DNA of 64,000 nt, taken from the NCBI RefSeq assembly GCF_009914755.1, contig NC_060938.1; one strand, given 5' to 3'. Positions 26,013 to 41,776 of the stretch are shown here, piece by piece. The stretch comes from the human T2T-CHM13v2.0 reference genome, Homo sapiens. Made by a program: the position numbers and the translations under genes. Under the pieces are notes generated by a model. It worked only from the letters and a program-made list of their open reading frames with translations. It was not told the origin of the DNA and made no database searches. The stretch's first letter is position 1, and the number at the start of each line of letters is the position of its first letter.

Positions 26013-26103
26013 GTGAAAATGCTAAAGTAAAATATTTACAAAGTGCAGCAAGAGGTTTCAACAGTAGTAAAGCATGGATCCGGTATTATTTTTGTTTAAA
26101 ATA

Positions 26104-26263
26104 GATTGTTTGTAACAAAGAATAAATGCTTGAGGCAATAGATACCCCATTTACCCTGATATGATTATTACGCATTGCATACCTGTGTCAAAACATCTCA
26201 TGTAACCAATAAATATTATACACCTACTCTGTACCCACAAAAATTAAAAATTAAAATTAAAAA
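26104..26263 (+). mobile_element. L1MA2/3-like 3' end
   Basis: GATACCCCATTTACCCTGAT..GATTATTACGCATTGC...GTACCCACAAAAATTAAAAA. Confidence 0.85.
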
Positions 26264-27075
26264 ATACACAAAAATAAAATTATGATAATAGCTTTAGATG
26301 ATGGAATAAAGCATAGAAATTAAGTTTATGAAATAAATATTGGCTGTATTAACCTGATGCTAAAAGTTGGAATAAAAGAACACTCAATTTGTTATACAAA
26401 AATTCCAAAACATCTGTGTATTTCATATTAGCAATGTCAATACTGTCTTCAAGGAAAATCATGAATTTTATTATTTACAGCACATTAAAAGGGGAAATCC
26501 ACTAGACTAAGTGCATTTGAGAACTCTGAGACTTGCATGTGCCACCTCATTTTTCAACTGCCTCTCCTTGCTGAGTCCCTGAAGCAGGCCTGCTGAGTAT
26601 AGTTTAAGCCCACTGACTTAGACCCATTCTGAAATAGAACTGGTTAATCTCATCGACTATTTTTAATATCTAAGAGAAAAAAAATTAGGCTATAATTTAA
26701 GGGAAGTACAAATAACTTTATTGATCCATTGAGAAGATAGTTTATTTGAGAACGTAAGTCACATCTTCACAATGTCTGCTAAGACTGGCCTTTTGCAGCC
26801 TGCCATATGGATGGTAGCTCTTCTAAAAGAAACATAAATCCAAGTCTAATGACTTGGTGAATTTTAACCTAGTTTAACAGTTGTTGAAATGTGTATTTTG
26901 GTTCAATAAAAAAATGGATAATAGATATAAGATACCAAAATCAGGTACTCAATCAGGATACAATTATTCAAAGAAAAGAAAAGAGCTCCTGTGGAGCTGT
27001 GGAGTCTCTTCTTCTGAAATCCTTGGGGAAAGATCTATTTAATAATTCAATTTTTATAATTTTAGAAAGATAGTA

Positions 27076-27197
27076 CAGGAGGCTGAGGCAGGAGAACCGC
27101 TTGAAGGGGAGGCAGAGGTTGAAGTGAGTTGCGATCATGCCACTGCACTCCACCCTGAGCAACAGAGTGATACTCCATCTAAAAAAAATAAAAAAGA
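27076..27197 (+). mobile_element. 5'-truncated Alu (3' part of right monomer)
   Basis: GGAGGCTGAGGCAGGAGAA...CCACTGCACTCCA; A tail; TSD AAAGATAGTA at 27066-27075 and 27198-27207. Confidence 0.92.
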
Positions 27198-27850
27198 AAA
27201 GATAGTATACCATATGTTATATCACACCCTCAGTGAATATCATATATGAAGATTTCTGCAACAAAATGTATGTATATTCCCAACAAGTGGGTTAAATAAG
27301 GTTTATAAAGATTATAAATAGCCTGATGTTAGGTATTGCTGTCAAATAATCATATATGTGTATACATATAATTTTATATTGTATTATAGATATACACATG
27401 TATACATGCATACTTTCTGTTCTATTTTCTAAGAGCTATTTAGATCTCAGAATTGTAGAGAAAGGATTGTAGACCAGTGGCTAAAAGCCACATACACAAT
27501 ACTGTCTATCTAGGTGGGAAAGAAAAATAAAATTGAAAGGATTTCTTATAAAAGAGAAGATCAAGACATGGGGGAAGTATCTCCTAAAGTCTAATGAGAT
27601 AAGTTTCCATGGGCACTCTCAGGAGATTGATAGATGTTCTTTTCCTCAGACAGATATGGTGAACTGGTGCCTTGCTCTTGCCTGGAAAATTCAAAAGTAA
27701 AAGTAGGGGCTGTCTAGGAGAAGTAGCTGCATGGAGAGTCACCAACATTCCTAAAGTGTGTTGGGACAAAGGATGCCTGATTAGTTCTCATGGGCCACAA
27801 GTGGCCATGAGGTTCTTCTAGCTTTTAACCAGTAAAATCACCTGGTGGAG

Positions 27851-28292
27851 TGTATTCGTGATCTCTCTTGAAATCACCCAAAACTGTAGCTTAAAACAGC
27901 AATTTCTTATTTTCTCCCAGTTGTGAATTAACTAGGCAGCTCACCTGCCAATATCACCTGAGCCAGCACAGGAGGGCTCCGTCAGTCAGTTGGCAGCTTG
28001 GATGGGGGAGAGAGGTTGGTGTAAAACATCCTCACCGACATTTCAGGAGCATTAATTGGAGAGACTAGAAGAACTGGGATGGCTGAGCCAGTCCCGCTGT
28101 CTATCCAAGTTGTTTTTCATCTCAGGCTTCCTTGCATAATGACAGAAGTATTCACATAATGTCGTTTCCAACACATTCTATCATATTTAAGCAAGCCACA
28201 AAGCCAATCCAGATGCATAGCTTAATGAAGTGGATTCTACCTTTTGATGAGGGGAGCTATAAAGAACTTGAGATCATCTTTAGTGTGCCACA
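27851..28292 (-). mobile_element. MLT1 (G/H-like) MaLR LTR, degraded
   Basis: Minus strand begins TGTGGCAC..AAAGATGATCTCAAGTTCTTT..AGCTCCCCTCATCAAAAGGTAGAATC; CCCAAAACT..GCTTAAAACAGCA at the other end. Confidence 0.65.
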
Positions 28293-28314
28293 GGTACACT
28301 AAGAAGCCACAAGC

Positions 28315-28363
28315 AAAGAAGAAGAAGAAGAAGAAAGGAGAAGGAGGAGGAGGAGAAGGAGGG
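28315..28363. repeat. (GAA)n/(GGA)n purine tract
   Basis: Direct reading. Confidence 0.9.
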
Positions 28364-29095
28364 TAAATTTAACTTTAAGTCAGGTTCAAAGTTTGATTAT
28401 CATATGGTGCGAACTACTTTTAATGGCAAAATTATAGCTGTATTTAAAATGACCATATTTTTTTTCCAGAGATCTGTAAATATGCAGAGCTACCTGAGAG
28501 GAAATAATTGCCTCTGTAAGTAAATATTAAAGGGAAGATGAAAGACCAAAGTAATGATATTTTCTGGGTGATTTCTATTGTTATTGATGTTATTGATCTT
28601 GCAAGTGGAGCTTCAATGTGTATTTTTGGTAGTGAGAGGAGCAATTCACACTCCATGAAATCTGTTGGTTCAATGTATTGATTTACTTTACCTGAAGAAA
28701 TGGTGAAGCATGAGAGTACTAGATTGCCTACATACAGCAAATTATTCTAAAAATTATCTTTACCCCTGTCCTTCCCCAGAGTTTCACAGCTCATGGTTCT
28801 TTCTCACATCTTTCCTGTTTTCCTTTACAAACACTACAGTTCACTGGCTCTCGTCTAGACTCTCCTGTCCTTACAACTAGTATCTCCCTGTTTCTTCCAG
28901 AGATGGCTCCTTGCCAAGCATTCATTCACATACACACACATGTAACACATATAATGGAGAATCTACAGGTATTTCTTTGAAAAGAAAAATTTCTCCTGCA
29001 TTAAATTTTGAAAGCTAGATCCCTAGGAAACAAATAAAATTGTTAAACTTTTTTTTTTTTTTACATCACAGGAAATACAATGAAAATAACAATAT

Positions 29096-29861
29096 TTTGT
29101 GTTTTCTTTTTTAACTTTTAAGTTCAGCAGTACTAGTGCAGGTTTGTTACACAGATAAACTTTTGTCATGGGGGTTTGTCGTATGGATTATTTCATCATC
29201 CAGATATTCAGCCTAGCACCCATTAGTTATTTTTCCTGATCCTGTCTCTCCTCCCACTCTCCACCTTCTGACAGACTCCCAGTGTCTGTTGTTCCCCTTT
29301 ATGTGTCGAAGTGTTCTCATCATTTAGTTCCTACTTATAAGTGAGAACATGCAGTGTTTGGTTTTCTGTTTCTGATTAGTTTGCTAAGGATAATGGCCTC
29401 CAGCTCCATCCATGTCCTTGCAGAGGACACGTTCTTGTTTTTTCTTATGGCTGCATAGTATTCCATGGTGTATATGTAACACATTTTCTTTCTTCAGTCT
29501 ATTGTTAATGGGCTTTTAGGTTGGTTCCATGTCTTTGCTATTGTGAATAGTCCTGCAATGAATATACACATGTATGTGTCTTTATAATAGAATTATTTAT
29601 ATCCTTTTGGGTACATACTGAGTAATGGGATTGCAGGGTTGAATGGTATTTCTGTCTTTAGGTCTTTGAGGAATCACCACACTGTCTTCCACAATGGCTG
29701 AACTAATTTATACTCCCACCAACAGTATAAAAGCATTCCTTTTTCTCTACAACCTTGCCAGCATCTGTTATTTTTTGACTTTTTAGTAATAGCCATTCTG
29801 ATGGGTGTTAGACAGTATCTTGTAGTTTTGATTTGCATTTCTCTAATGATCAGTGATGTTG
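29096..29861 (-). mobile_element. 5'-truncated L1PA13-like 3' end
   Basis: TGTCATGGGGGTTTG..GGATTATTTCATC..CCCATTAGTTATTTTTCCTGATCC 3'UTR plus ORF2 C-terminal sequence. Confidence 0.88.
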
Positions 29862-30459
29862 TTAAAATTAACCTGATGGTTATGAGCAGGATGGATTCAA
29901 CAAGAAGGGTTTCAAAGGTAACAACAGTTTGAAGTGACCTCAGGGGAATGGAGATAATATTCAGTTATATGGAAATAATAGCAAGTGATAATTAACATAA
30001 GACGGAGAACCATGCTCTGCAGAAGAAAAATGATTAATGGCTATTCACAGTTAAGTTAAAAAAAAGGGCCTACTTTTAAAATATTATGATGTTCATGAGT
30101 AAATAGAATTAGAAGTTATATTCGCATCAATCAAAATCTCAGGAATTCAGGCTTTCTAGGACCTCAGTGTTGTGTGATAGATTAGGAAAAGATGGCAAGA
30201 CTGAAATTTGCAGATGGTATCTCTATTATAAAATGTGTTAAGTAATTATCAAAATACTCCAGATGGGAAAAAGCAAGATTCCAATGTGTTGAATCATCAA
30301 GATTGAATATCTACATTGATAAAAGTCAAGCTATTTATTTATTTATTATTTATTTATTTATTTTAAAGTCTTTTTTCATAGACATTTATTCTTTGTTTAA
30401 TCTAGGTTAGTTATCATACACATTTAAAATGGCTCAAATGTATAGAATAATGTCATATA

Positions 30460-31574
<1,115 letters not shown>

Positions 31575-31924
31575 GATTACCTCTAATTTCTTTGAGCAGT
31601 AGAGGAGCAGCTTGTCTCTGGGATGATCCTACAAGTAGGGAGAGCAGGATGGCGAGTTTTCCAACACAGGCTTGAGGAGTGCAGTGAATGTTTTAGAGTG
31701 TCATCATGAAGAATGTGATCTAGGCCTCCCCACGAAAATATAAAAAGGCTATTGGTCAAATTTCATTGCCCGATTGAATGTGGAGACCAGATTCAGAATG
31801 GAACCAATAAAGGGACTGTGTTTTTTGGGGGGTTTTGTCTGTCTGTCTGTTTGTTTGTTTTACCACGCATTTATCCTCTTTACCCTGAAAACATGTTCCT
31901 CTTTCGTCAGTGATTCTTTTTCTA

Positions 31925-32720
31925 TTTTTTACATTAATAAAGAAAATTCCATAAAATTATAATGTACAACATGGTGTTATATATGTATACTTTGTGGAAT
32001 GGCTAAATCAAACTATAATTACTTCACATGCTTATTTTTTGTAGTGAGAATGCTTAAAATCTACCATTATCATTTTTCAAATATATAAGACATTTGCTAT
32101 TAGCTATAGTCACCATGTTGTACAATAGATCTCTAGAACTTATTCCTCCTGTCTACTGGAATTTTGTATCCTTTGACCAACATCACCTCAATCCCATCCC
32201 CTCAACCCTTCTCTTGCCTCTAGACCCTAGTAAGCACCATTCTACTCTGTGTTTCTATGAATTTCCCTATTTCAGATTCTGCATACACATGCGATCATGC
32301 AGTACAGTCAGCCTTCCATATCTGTGAGTTCCCCATTCATGCAATTAGTAATCCACAGACCAAAATATTTGGAAAAAATATATATGTGTATATACATATT
32401 GTTACATCTGTACTGAACATGTACAATCTTCTTTCCTTGTCATCATTCCCTAAACAATACAGGATAACAATTTACATAGCTTTTAGATGGTGTTTGGCAT
32501 TATAAATAATCTAATGATGATTTAAAATATATGGGAGGCTTTGCATAGGTTATATGCAAATACTAAGCCAATTTATATAAGAAACTTGAGCGTCTGTGGA
32601 TTCTGGTGTCCACAGGGGTTCCTGGAATCAATCCCCCATGGATACCGAGGGATGACTGTATTTTGTCTACTTTGTATATGGATAAAGAAAATGTGCTACG
32701 TATACACAATGAATACTATT
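31925..32720 (-). mobile_element. L1MA7/8-like 3' end with a short inverted 5' piece, interrupted by MER2
   Basis: TATAGTCACCATGTTGTACAATAGATCTC..GAACTTATTCCTCCTGTC antisense; sense-strand piece ATGGATAAAGAAAATGTG...AATACTATT at ~32678-32720. Confidence 0.8.
32305..32658. mobile_element. MER2 (TcMar-Tigger MITE)
   Basis: Terminal inverted repeats CAGTCAGCCTTCCATATC / GATACCGAGGGATGACTG; TA TSD on both sides. Confidence 0.9.
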
Positions 32721-33644
32721 AAATGATAACTTTCTTAATGAATGGCATCACCAAGCATGCAACTGTCCAAGCCAGAAACATGAGATCATCCAGGACTCAA
32801 ATCCTTACTTTCTACCTCCTTCATATTCCTCAAATTCATCTACATCCCTGCAATTCTACTGACTCTACTTTGTTATGGGACACCTTTAGCACAACCTGGA
32901 TTCTTATAACAGTTTCATCCTAGAGTTTGCCATTAGCCTTATTCTCTCTAGTGTTATAAGGTAACCCTTTACCTCCAGCACACGTGGCTGCTTGCGACTA
33001 TTACTGTCATTCCACATGGGATCATTACAGTTAAAGGAGGTAATAAGTGCTCCTTAGAGAAAGTTTGAGAGTCCACTTTCTCCCTCTAACACTTACTATT
33101 ACTCACTTATCTCTCATCAATCAGTTATCCATGTCGTGACCTGCTTAAGAAGAGGAAGGACTAAAGTAGAATAAGGCAATGAGAGTTGGAGCTAGACCCA
33201 TTGCTGAGTATGAGTCACAAAAATTTCTTGCTAATTTTTGCTATTTTACAGAAGCCACAGGCAGAAGTGACTGGAGAAATTACTCAATATGCTGAATATT
33301 GAGTCGACTGGGAAGCCCAACCAAAAAGACGCATGCAGGGACACCATGGGGAGCAGAGGAAAGTGCCTGCCCGGGCTTTAAAGGACAACTTGAAAGCAGA
33401 GAGCTATGCCTAGATGTGCCCGAGTTCAATTTTATGATATCAGCTAAGTCTTTGGTAGTTTGTGGTGAATACGTCTTTATTAGTCTCCTCACATGACTTC
33501 TGTTTGTCAGACACATTGCTCTATCGTGAGAATTCAAATATGAGTAAGACACTGTCCCTGCCATCACAGACTTGGTGGAGAGGAAGCTGCAAAAGAGTCA
33601 ATTCTTGTAGATTCTGCAAAAATATTACAATAGAAAAAAAAATA

Positions 33645-33985
33645 CAGCCATGCTTTGTTTTACTGCACTTCACTTTACTGCCTTTCACACGGTTTACAAA
33701 TTAAAGGTTTGTGGCAACCCTGCTTCTAGCACGTCTATTGACACCATTTTTCCATCAGCATGTGCTCACTTCCTGTCTGTGTCATATTTTAGTAATTTTT
33801 GCAATATTTCAAAAAAATTTATTGTCATTATATCCATTTTGGTAATCTGTAATCTGAGGATCTTTGATATTAACATTTTAATTGTATTGGGGTGCCATAA
33901 ACCACACCCATAAAAGATCGTGAATTAATTGATAAATGTTGTGTGTGTTCTGACCGTCCCACCAAAGGGCTATTCCCCCATTTCT
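33645..33985 (+). mobile_element. Tigger1 left-end fragment
   Basis: TTTACAAATT.AAGGTTTGTGGCAACCCTGC...TTGATAAATGTTGTGTGTGTTCTGAC; preceded by TA. Confidence 0.88.
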
Positions 33986-36962
33986 CTTGCTTTATATTTG
34001 GTAGTCTGGAATGGAACACACAGTATGTCAGAGGTATGCCTATAATGTCCAAGCTGAATCCTAAATGATTATTAAGGATTAGTAACTTTTTATCATGAAC
34101 CTCATGTACCCCATCTATAAAAAATATGCATTTATGAATTATATACATGCATTACCATCAACAATTAATGGATAATAAAACACAAATTACACACAAATAG
34201 TGAGGTTAATTGTTAAGAATACTATATATATATATATATAATCAGGACCAAAAAAGTGACAAATACACATGTGATCATTCTGCAGGTAATAATATAGGAA
34301 CGGCATTCATAAACCAAATTATCAGTTGGTTGGAAGTGAATACAGATATTCACACCTGCCTTATTTTTCCATACTAAATGACACCATTTTCCCATATCTT
34401 AAAACACAGAATGTGAAAAGACAAATTGTAACTTAAATAAATATTATATGTAACAACTTATTCTAATCTTTTTGAGAACTTCTAGTTTCCTGGCCAATAT
34501 ATTGTCTAATTGTCTGTGTTTTGTGTGACTAGAAAACAAAGCTCATACAATAGTTGATATGTCAGTTTCGTTCTTTTTTGTCACTTGCTTGTTCTTGCAA
34601 TAATAGTATTAAATTGTCTTCAGTTTACAGTTTCTATTTAGAAAACCCTTTATGACCTTTCCCCATTTTGTAAGGATCAATTTATTTAGAATAAGAGTAT
34701 AACCCATAAACCCACTTAACTTGGCATGCATAAGCTACAAACATTGCTCTGCACAGTGCTAACAAGAAAGAGGCTTCTGCCATGCCCTTTCCCCATTGTG
34801 GAACTTCCTTTCTTTTTCAAAATCCCTCAAGGGCATCAGTACTTAGTCAGAGTAAACATTTATAACGTTTTACTCATTCTTACTTCATAGATAGAAATGC
34901 ATAAATAAGAACTGCATATTTTCTTCCCACTTTTTGATGGATCACCCTGTGCAAACCCTGTGATACACAGCATGAAACCATTATGGTACAATTTAGCCAG
35001 GCATTGGACAAAGAAAGCAGGGCATGCAAAGTTCCTGAGGCAAGAGGGAACATGGTCTTTTTGAAGAAGCACTACACTGTGAGCTTTGGCGTCAGAGCTC
35101 CTGGTCTTTGTTTGGGCTGTTGCTGTGAACAAGATATTTGCATTGTCACTGTGTTAGTTTTGTGTCAATAAATGAGAGTGATAGTGTTTATTTGATAGTG
35201 TTAAGGTGGCATTTAATAATAATAATGTAGCAAACTAGTAAATTGGAATATTAATCCATGTTATTTTCTTTTTCTGAATTCCTTATATGTGAATCCCCTC
35301 CCACCCCCGTAGGTAAAGAGTTTCACTATTGTGTTAGAGAGAAATAGAATTTTATAGTGCAAAAACAAAACAAAAAAGATCAAAATATAATCACTGTTTG
35401 GTTTCTTTTATTTTTTACTTGTAGAACAGACGTTTTAGAGTATTATTTTTAAAAAAAGAAGAAGGTTTTCACAGCCAAAGTAATAAATATGGAAAGAGAC
35501 TGGAAGAAGAATTAGATCATTCCACCCACACCCCCTTGAGAAATCAAGGTGAGTCACCTGTATTGATGTGGGAGGGATGGAGAGTTGGTGAATAAGGTAT
35601 GGCCTTATTGGACATCAAAGGTGGGAGAAAAGGGAGCTGAATCTGAGATGAGTAGGTGGAGAGAAGTGAGGTCAGCATGCGCAGATGCACAAACACTCTG
35701 GGAGCCGCATGGAAGCTAAGCCAACAGCAAGAAACATTACTCAGAGTAACATTTACTCAGACAGAGAAGACATGCTGGCTGTACCTCTCCTCACAGAGGG
35801 GTGTGGGCCTCTGGTCATCAGGTCCCTTCATGAGAATTTTCTGAGCTCAGTGCAGACTTCCTGGGTATTCATGTGCACTCTTTTTTGAAGGCCCGGAATA
35901 TTCTAAGTTTCCCAAAATTAATCTGGAGGTCTTTAACATACAGAAGGGTAGAAGTGTCATAGAAGGAAAACCCCAGCATTGAGAGCAGTGCTTGAGTAAA
36001 CTGGACAATGGGACATTCCATTCTACTATGGCAACAATCATAATGAGAAAAGTGACCAGCATTTTATAGAACATCTACCATTTTATCAGGCAGTGTACTA
36101 TTAAACACGTCATATACATTGCATCTTTTAACCCAGTTCTTAATCTCTACACTACACTGTTCTTAATATCTACACTCTACTGCCTCCCAGATAAAATGAC
36201 AAAACAGATTTAAAGTATTTATATGTATATGGTGCTTGCTTATGATTTTCACATTAATATCATGGAAGAAGATGGTTGAAAATGGGGAACATACTGGTTA
36301 TCTGCTGTAATACCAAAAGAGTAAAGACTGTGTCAGAAACTTTTAAGACTCAGATATCAAAGTTCAGAAACGTTTGTTTTATTTTTCTAGATGTATTTTT
36401 TTAATTCACAAATAGTTTAATTTTCTTATTTCATGGCTGAACACAAAGAGATAGGTCAGGAATTGAGAGTTTCTCTTCTTTCCTTGTTTTTTATTCTCTA
36501 GGTTAAAAGACAATAAATGCCTACTAAGGCTTAATGTTCTCATTCCATTTGTTTCACCTGTCTTCAAGATACTTTGACTCATCTCTAAATCTTTTCTCAG
36601 CATTTTCCCCTTTGAGGTGTTTGCTATTTCTCAGGTATCCATTGATGGGAAATAATTTTTACTCCTCTTTGGTCCAAAGCAGGAGCCTGACTGTGACTGA
36701 GGGGTGAGGTTAACTGTGTGAGGGTGAGAAATCAGTAACCCTGCGATGGCCACACATCTAAGCCAAGTCCTCCAACCTATATCCAACTTCTGGATATATC
36801 TCTCAAATGATTCCAGAGTAGGCATTTATTGATTGATCTGCCAAAATCACATAATACAAAGCAAAAAGCCAGAACAGTAGTGTCTGTTTTAAGAATGTTT
36901 CAAAATTATACTTAAACATTATGAAATTGTATCAATATTGTAGAGTAGTGTTATATAATGTG

Positions 36963-37255
36963 CATTCATTCTTCAAGCATTTATTGGATCACCATCACGT
37001 GCTGGACTCCAAGGATATAAGAATGAGAAAACATACAATTCTTATAATTCTGGGGCTTGGTGTGTAGTAGGATAGACAGATATTAATATTAATCAAAGAG
37101 CCAAAAATAAATGTGAAACTGCCAATGGCAACAGTCACTAAAAAGCAGTGTTACATGGTACTTTGAAAGCACATCACAGGAGAACTTGACCTACTCAGCA
37201 AGGCCAGGTAAGGCTTTCCCAAAGAAATGGAAATTGAGTTTAAACTTGAAGGAAA
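36963..37255 (-). mobile_element. L2 3' fragment
   Basis: CATTCATTC..CAAGCATTTATTG...GGTAAGGCTTTCCC..GAAAT..AAATTGAG. Confidence 0.6.
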
Positions 37256-39866
37256 AATCTTCCCACTTGAGGGGACTAGTATACACTCAGCATCTACGTT
37301 GTAAGTCCTATTTAAATCATTTCTTGGCTATGACCACTCCCTTTCTATATAATTTTGTTTAAAATGAAAACAAAGCCACAGATATACACATAGAGATCAC
37401 AATGGACTTAAGAAGTTCCTTTCCAAAGTAGCTAACATGGCAAAATGTCTAATTCCGAAATTAGCTAAGAAAAATCTTGCAAAAAAATACCATCATCAAT
37501 TGACCAAAAATCAAAGGTCGTTAGCCTGGAAATATAGGAGTTAGAATGTCAGTGAAAGGAAAGCAGTTAGCATACTATAACTAGCAGCAGACATAAACAA
37601 AACATTGGAAAAGGAAATTGTTTGAGTATTTCAACCTTTCTGATATGTGTTTGTTTTTCAGAATTCCTAACTATTCTTTGTGTTTAGGCATAGCCTGAAA
37701 TAATGTTTTCATTAACTTCCACAGACTTATTTTGACACAAAAGTGCTAAACTATAGTTATTTTCCAAGATGAAACAATTTCTGCATCTGCATATACAGGT
37801 GCACCCAGCAAATCACTGAAACCTAAAGCAAACTTTTAAAAGCCATGACCTATGTAAAACAAAACTGGAATCTTTTTCTCAGAAATCCATGCTTACAAAA
37901 ACAGCTTCTAAAATAAGTGTTATTTATGCCAGGGGAGCACCATGGTGCAACTGTGGTATTTATATGTTCCTTTAAGGTATTGTTAATTTTTCTATTTCTA
38001 AACTCCCTACATAGTTGCAGACTGCAAGAAGATTTTGATTATGTAATAATTTGTAAATGTAATAAAATGCTATTTTGAAAGCACTGTGTGCCCCCCGCCC
38101 CCCAATTGTTACCTCTTCTCAAATGACCTAAATAAATTTTATCAATGAGCTGTTGCTCCAATTGCTATTTACCAAATGATAAACTTGACCTAAAAAAGAA
38201 ACTTTAATAAAGCCAAATTTAAAATCGCTGTGTTTCATTCTCATGCAAACATGACATTTAAATTAATAGCATCTATCTCCTTCCCTTAGGACATATAGTA
38301 TAATTTGAAAAACTACATATGTATATTCATTTCTTCCTTTCTTTTTCTGGTTCAGACACATTGTTATTGAGAATTTAAAATACTGTCCTTGCAGTTCCTT
38401 TTCATCTTCACCAAGTTCTATTTAAAAATTAACATGGTTTTAATAAAGCCCATTATGTCTTTAATGAGCTATCAAGAATATAAACAGGTAACATATTATC
38501 TTTACTCCATAAGCAAATAACATCTTTGATGCTTTTCTTTTCTAAACCAGTTTGGATCATAAAAAAGGAAGCATGGTTTGCATGTTTCACCTGTGTCAAA
38601 AAGTATCTCAGCTTCTGTGACATTTTGAAAGCTTTATAAGCAAGAGAAATGTTGCATATAAATGATATCACACCCTATGTTTTAGCTAGTTATGCCTCAA
38701 TCCTGTATTGATTATGGGCCATATAACTTCAGGCAGACAAAAGAAAAATAATCCCTATCATGTTGAGTGCCGGTCTGTGGTATTTATGAGTACCCTGCTG
38801 GGTTAAATGACTTACACATCTGTCAGGTGTGCTACATTATAGCCACAGGAAAATCTCAGTACAGGTTGTGTGCCAGGCAAAATTCTTTGTCTCAGACCTT
38901 GTCAATCCTGCTGATGGATGAGTTCAGTATTCTAATGAATAAGATTCTAAATATGTTTATACTTTGCCAGATCTCCAGATTACATCAGGAGGAACAAAGC
39001 TCAGGCAATTGGAAAGAATACAATCATTTTTGAAGGACAGTGCTTCTCCTGACTCATACAAATGTGTGAGTTTTAAGCTATCCTGATGAGATGGTCTCCT
39101 ACCCCTTTGTAAAGGCTACCTTACTTCTAAAGAGCTTTACTTACTGTTACCTTTATATTGTGCATAGTACAATGTCTACAATCAATGGGTTTGCAGACAT
39201 ATTCCTAGTGAATTATATTTTAAGCTATGCTAACAGTGGCTAAATCAGATGAAATTGTTCCAGTAGGTTGGTACAAATGTGTTCCATTTAGATAATGTAT
39301 AAGTGATAAATCCAACCACTTTTTCCATGACCTTTCACATTCTAATTTTAAAACTGAATGGTTTTTTAATTGGTTTTAGGAAGAGCATCATAGAAAATAT
39401 ATCCCCTATTACATATCAACTATTTGCCTTTACAGTTATATAATATTCATATCACAGTCTATATAAAGTTATAAGTCCTTCCTCTAATAACAATGTTTTA
39501 AAGAGATTTAAGATTTTGTGAAACTAACATTTGATGTTTACTGTTTTTAAACTTCACAGAATATCTACCATGAATTCTTTTAAATTCTATTTCAAATAAG
39601 GCAAAAAATCACATCATTAATAGGGTATAGTGTGACAAACAAAGATAATGAAAATGATGAGACATTGGTTAGAAATTGCAAATCAATTTCCTCTTTTTAA
39701 AATGTTGTACTTACTGAGTATAACATTTGCAGAAACTCACTAAGAATATAACTTATTTCCAACAAGACAACCATCATTTCCATTAATACCCTGAAAATTA
39801 TGAAACTTACATATTTAGCCTTTATGATTAAACCAACAGAGTTTTGAGGTTAATAATTTAGCATTT

Positions 39867-40231
39867 CAGATGGTACCCAACTTACAGTGGTTCAATTTAG
39901 AATTTTTCAACTTTACAATGGTGCAAAAGCGATATGCATTCAACAGAAACTGTACTTTGAGTACCCATACAGCCATTCTGTTTTCCATTTTCTGTACAGT
40001 ATTCAATAAATTACATGAGATATTCAACACTTTATTATAAAATAGGCTCTGTGATTGATGAATTTGTCCAACGGTAGGCTAATGTAAGTGTCCTGAGCAT
40101 ATTTAAGACAGCCTAGGTTAAGCTATGGTGTTCTATAGGTTAAACGTATTAAATGCATTTTTGACACATGACATTTTCAACTTATGACGGTTTTTTTGAG
40201 ACATATCCCCATTGTAAATGAGGAGAACTTG
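39867..40231. mobile_element. MER47A (TcMar-Tigger)
   Basis: CAGATGGT.CCCAACTTAC...TTACATGAGATATTCAACACTTTATTATAAAATAGGC...CCCCATTGTAA.TGAGGAG. Confidence 0.85.
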
Positions 40232-41320
40232 TACGTGGAAAAACAAAAATTCCAGTAACACCTATGGATAGTAAGTATAGACATTGTTAATCACGAAAGG
40301 AGATTTGAGTTATTTATTTATTAACCCATTTATTCATTTATTCATAGTATCATAAATACTGTAGAAAGCAGGCTGAACAAAGTAGACACATTCCTTCCTC
40401 TTGTCACTTAAAAAGTTCAAAATCTATAGTGCCACCACCCACATCTATTAAAGGGCATCCTCCTCACTACACTGCAAAATCCTAAATCAGTTGACGTATA
40501 CGTGTAGTCCAAATCTGGTCTTTGTATTCTGTACCAGTAATAGAAATATGAACAAAATACCCATAATAGAAATATGAATGAATAACTTGATCAGGCACGT
40601 CGCAACAGAGGCTATCCACATAGCCAATCAACATGTGCAAATTTCACCAACTTCATTAGTCATCAGAGAAATAAAAGTTAAAACATTCAATATTCTCCAG
40701 AATGGCTAAAATGCAAAGGAGAGACAATAAAAGTATTGGAATTGATTTGGTGGAAATGAAACCTGCTTACATTGCTAGTGGAAATATGTATTTGTATATA
40801 TAATCAGTATAAAAACTTTGGGTAAGGCTTTCTAAAGCTGATTATATACATCTTATGACTCAACAATTTGCTTTATAGATATAAACAGACCCAACAGGAA
40901 AAAAAACTCATATATAAAAACTCACTAAGAAGTACTATTCGTAATAGACACAAACTAGAAACATCCCAAATAACCAATAGCAATAGAATGGATAAGTATA
41001 TAGCAGTATGTTGATAAATGGAATTCGCTTCATCAATAATAATGAACAAACTATACACAGAACATCATACAACTCAATAGAAAAAAAAAAAACCTGATTT
41101 TAAAATGAGCAAATGACCTGATCAGACATTTTTCCAAAGAAGACATACAAAAGGCCAACAGGTACATGAAAATATGTTCAATATCACTAATCATCAGGGA
41201 AATGCCCATCAAAACCCAAATGAGGTATTGTCTCACACCTGTTAGTATGGCTATTATCAAAAAGTCAAAAGATGTTAAGTATTGGCAAGGATGAAAAGGG
41301 AATCCTTGTTCACTGCTGGT

Positions 41321-41776
41321 TTGAAGATGTTTAATTCTGCCAGGGACTTAGTGTAGACCCAGGTGCCGCCGTAGCCCCAGCACTATGAGGACAGCTGAAA
41401 GGAGGGAAAGAGCCCCAGTAGCTCTACCACCTGCATGAGTCCAGTGAAACAGGACACTCACACAAGTCAGTGAATGCAGATGTATTATTTACAGACAGGC
41501 AGCAAGAATAAACAGAAGCCTAGGATCCATGGCAAGCCAGTCCCCCAAGACTCAGAAAAGCAGCTCATGGCAGATGAAGCTCATCTGGGCTCACTGAGTG
41601 TAAGCACTGGAGAACATCCTGTTCTCTAAGCAACAGAGGCACGGATAAGGATAAGGTTGTTATCCTTATCTGAAGATGTCATATTTTTTGGTACATTCTG
41701 CGGTTATTGGGAGAACTGCAAGTGGCAGGGGGAATAGCTGTGTCAGTCAAAGCTATCGGGAATTCGACCTCCTTAC
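41321..41776 (-). mobile_element. ERVL-class solo LTR (MER73/MER74/MER88/LTR53-like)
   Basis: Interrupts the L1 at CACTGCTGGT|..GGATGTAA; motifs ACATTCTGC.GTTATT..GAGAACTGCAAG and AACAGAAGCCTAGGATCCATGGCAAG. Exact family uncertain. Confidence 0.65.

Noticed and set aside
28692-28727. Possible ~36-nt minus-strand micro-exon (TAG|GCAATC...TTCAG|GTAAAG), approximate position
   Set aside because: Weak pyrimidine tract, no recognisable peptide and no partner exons.
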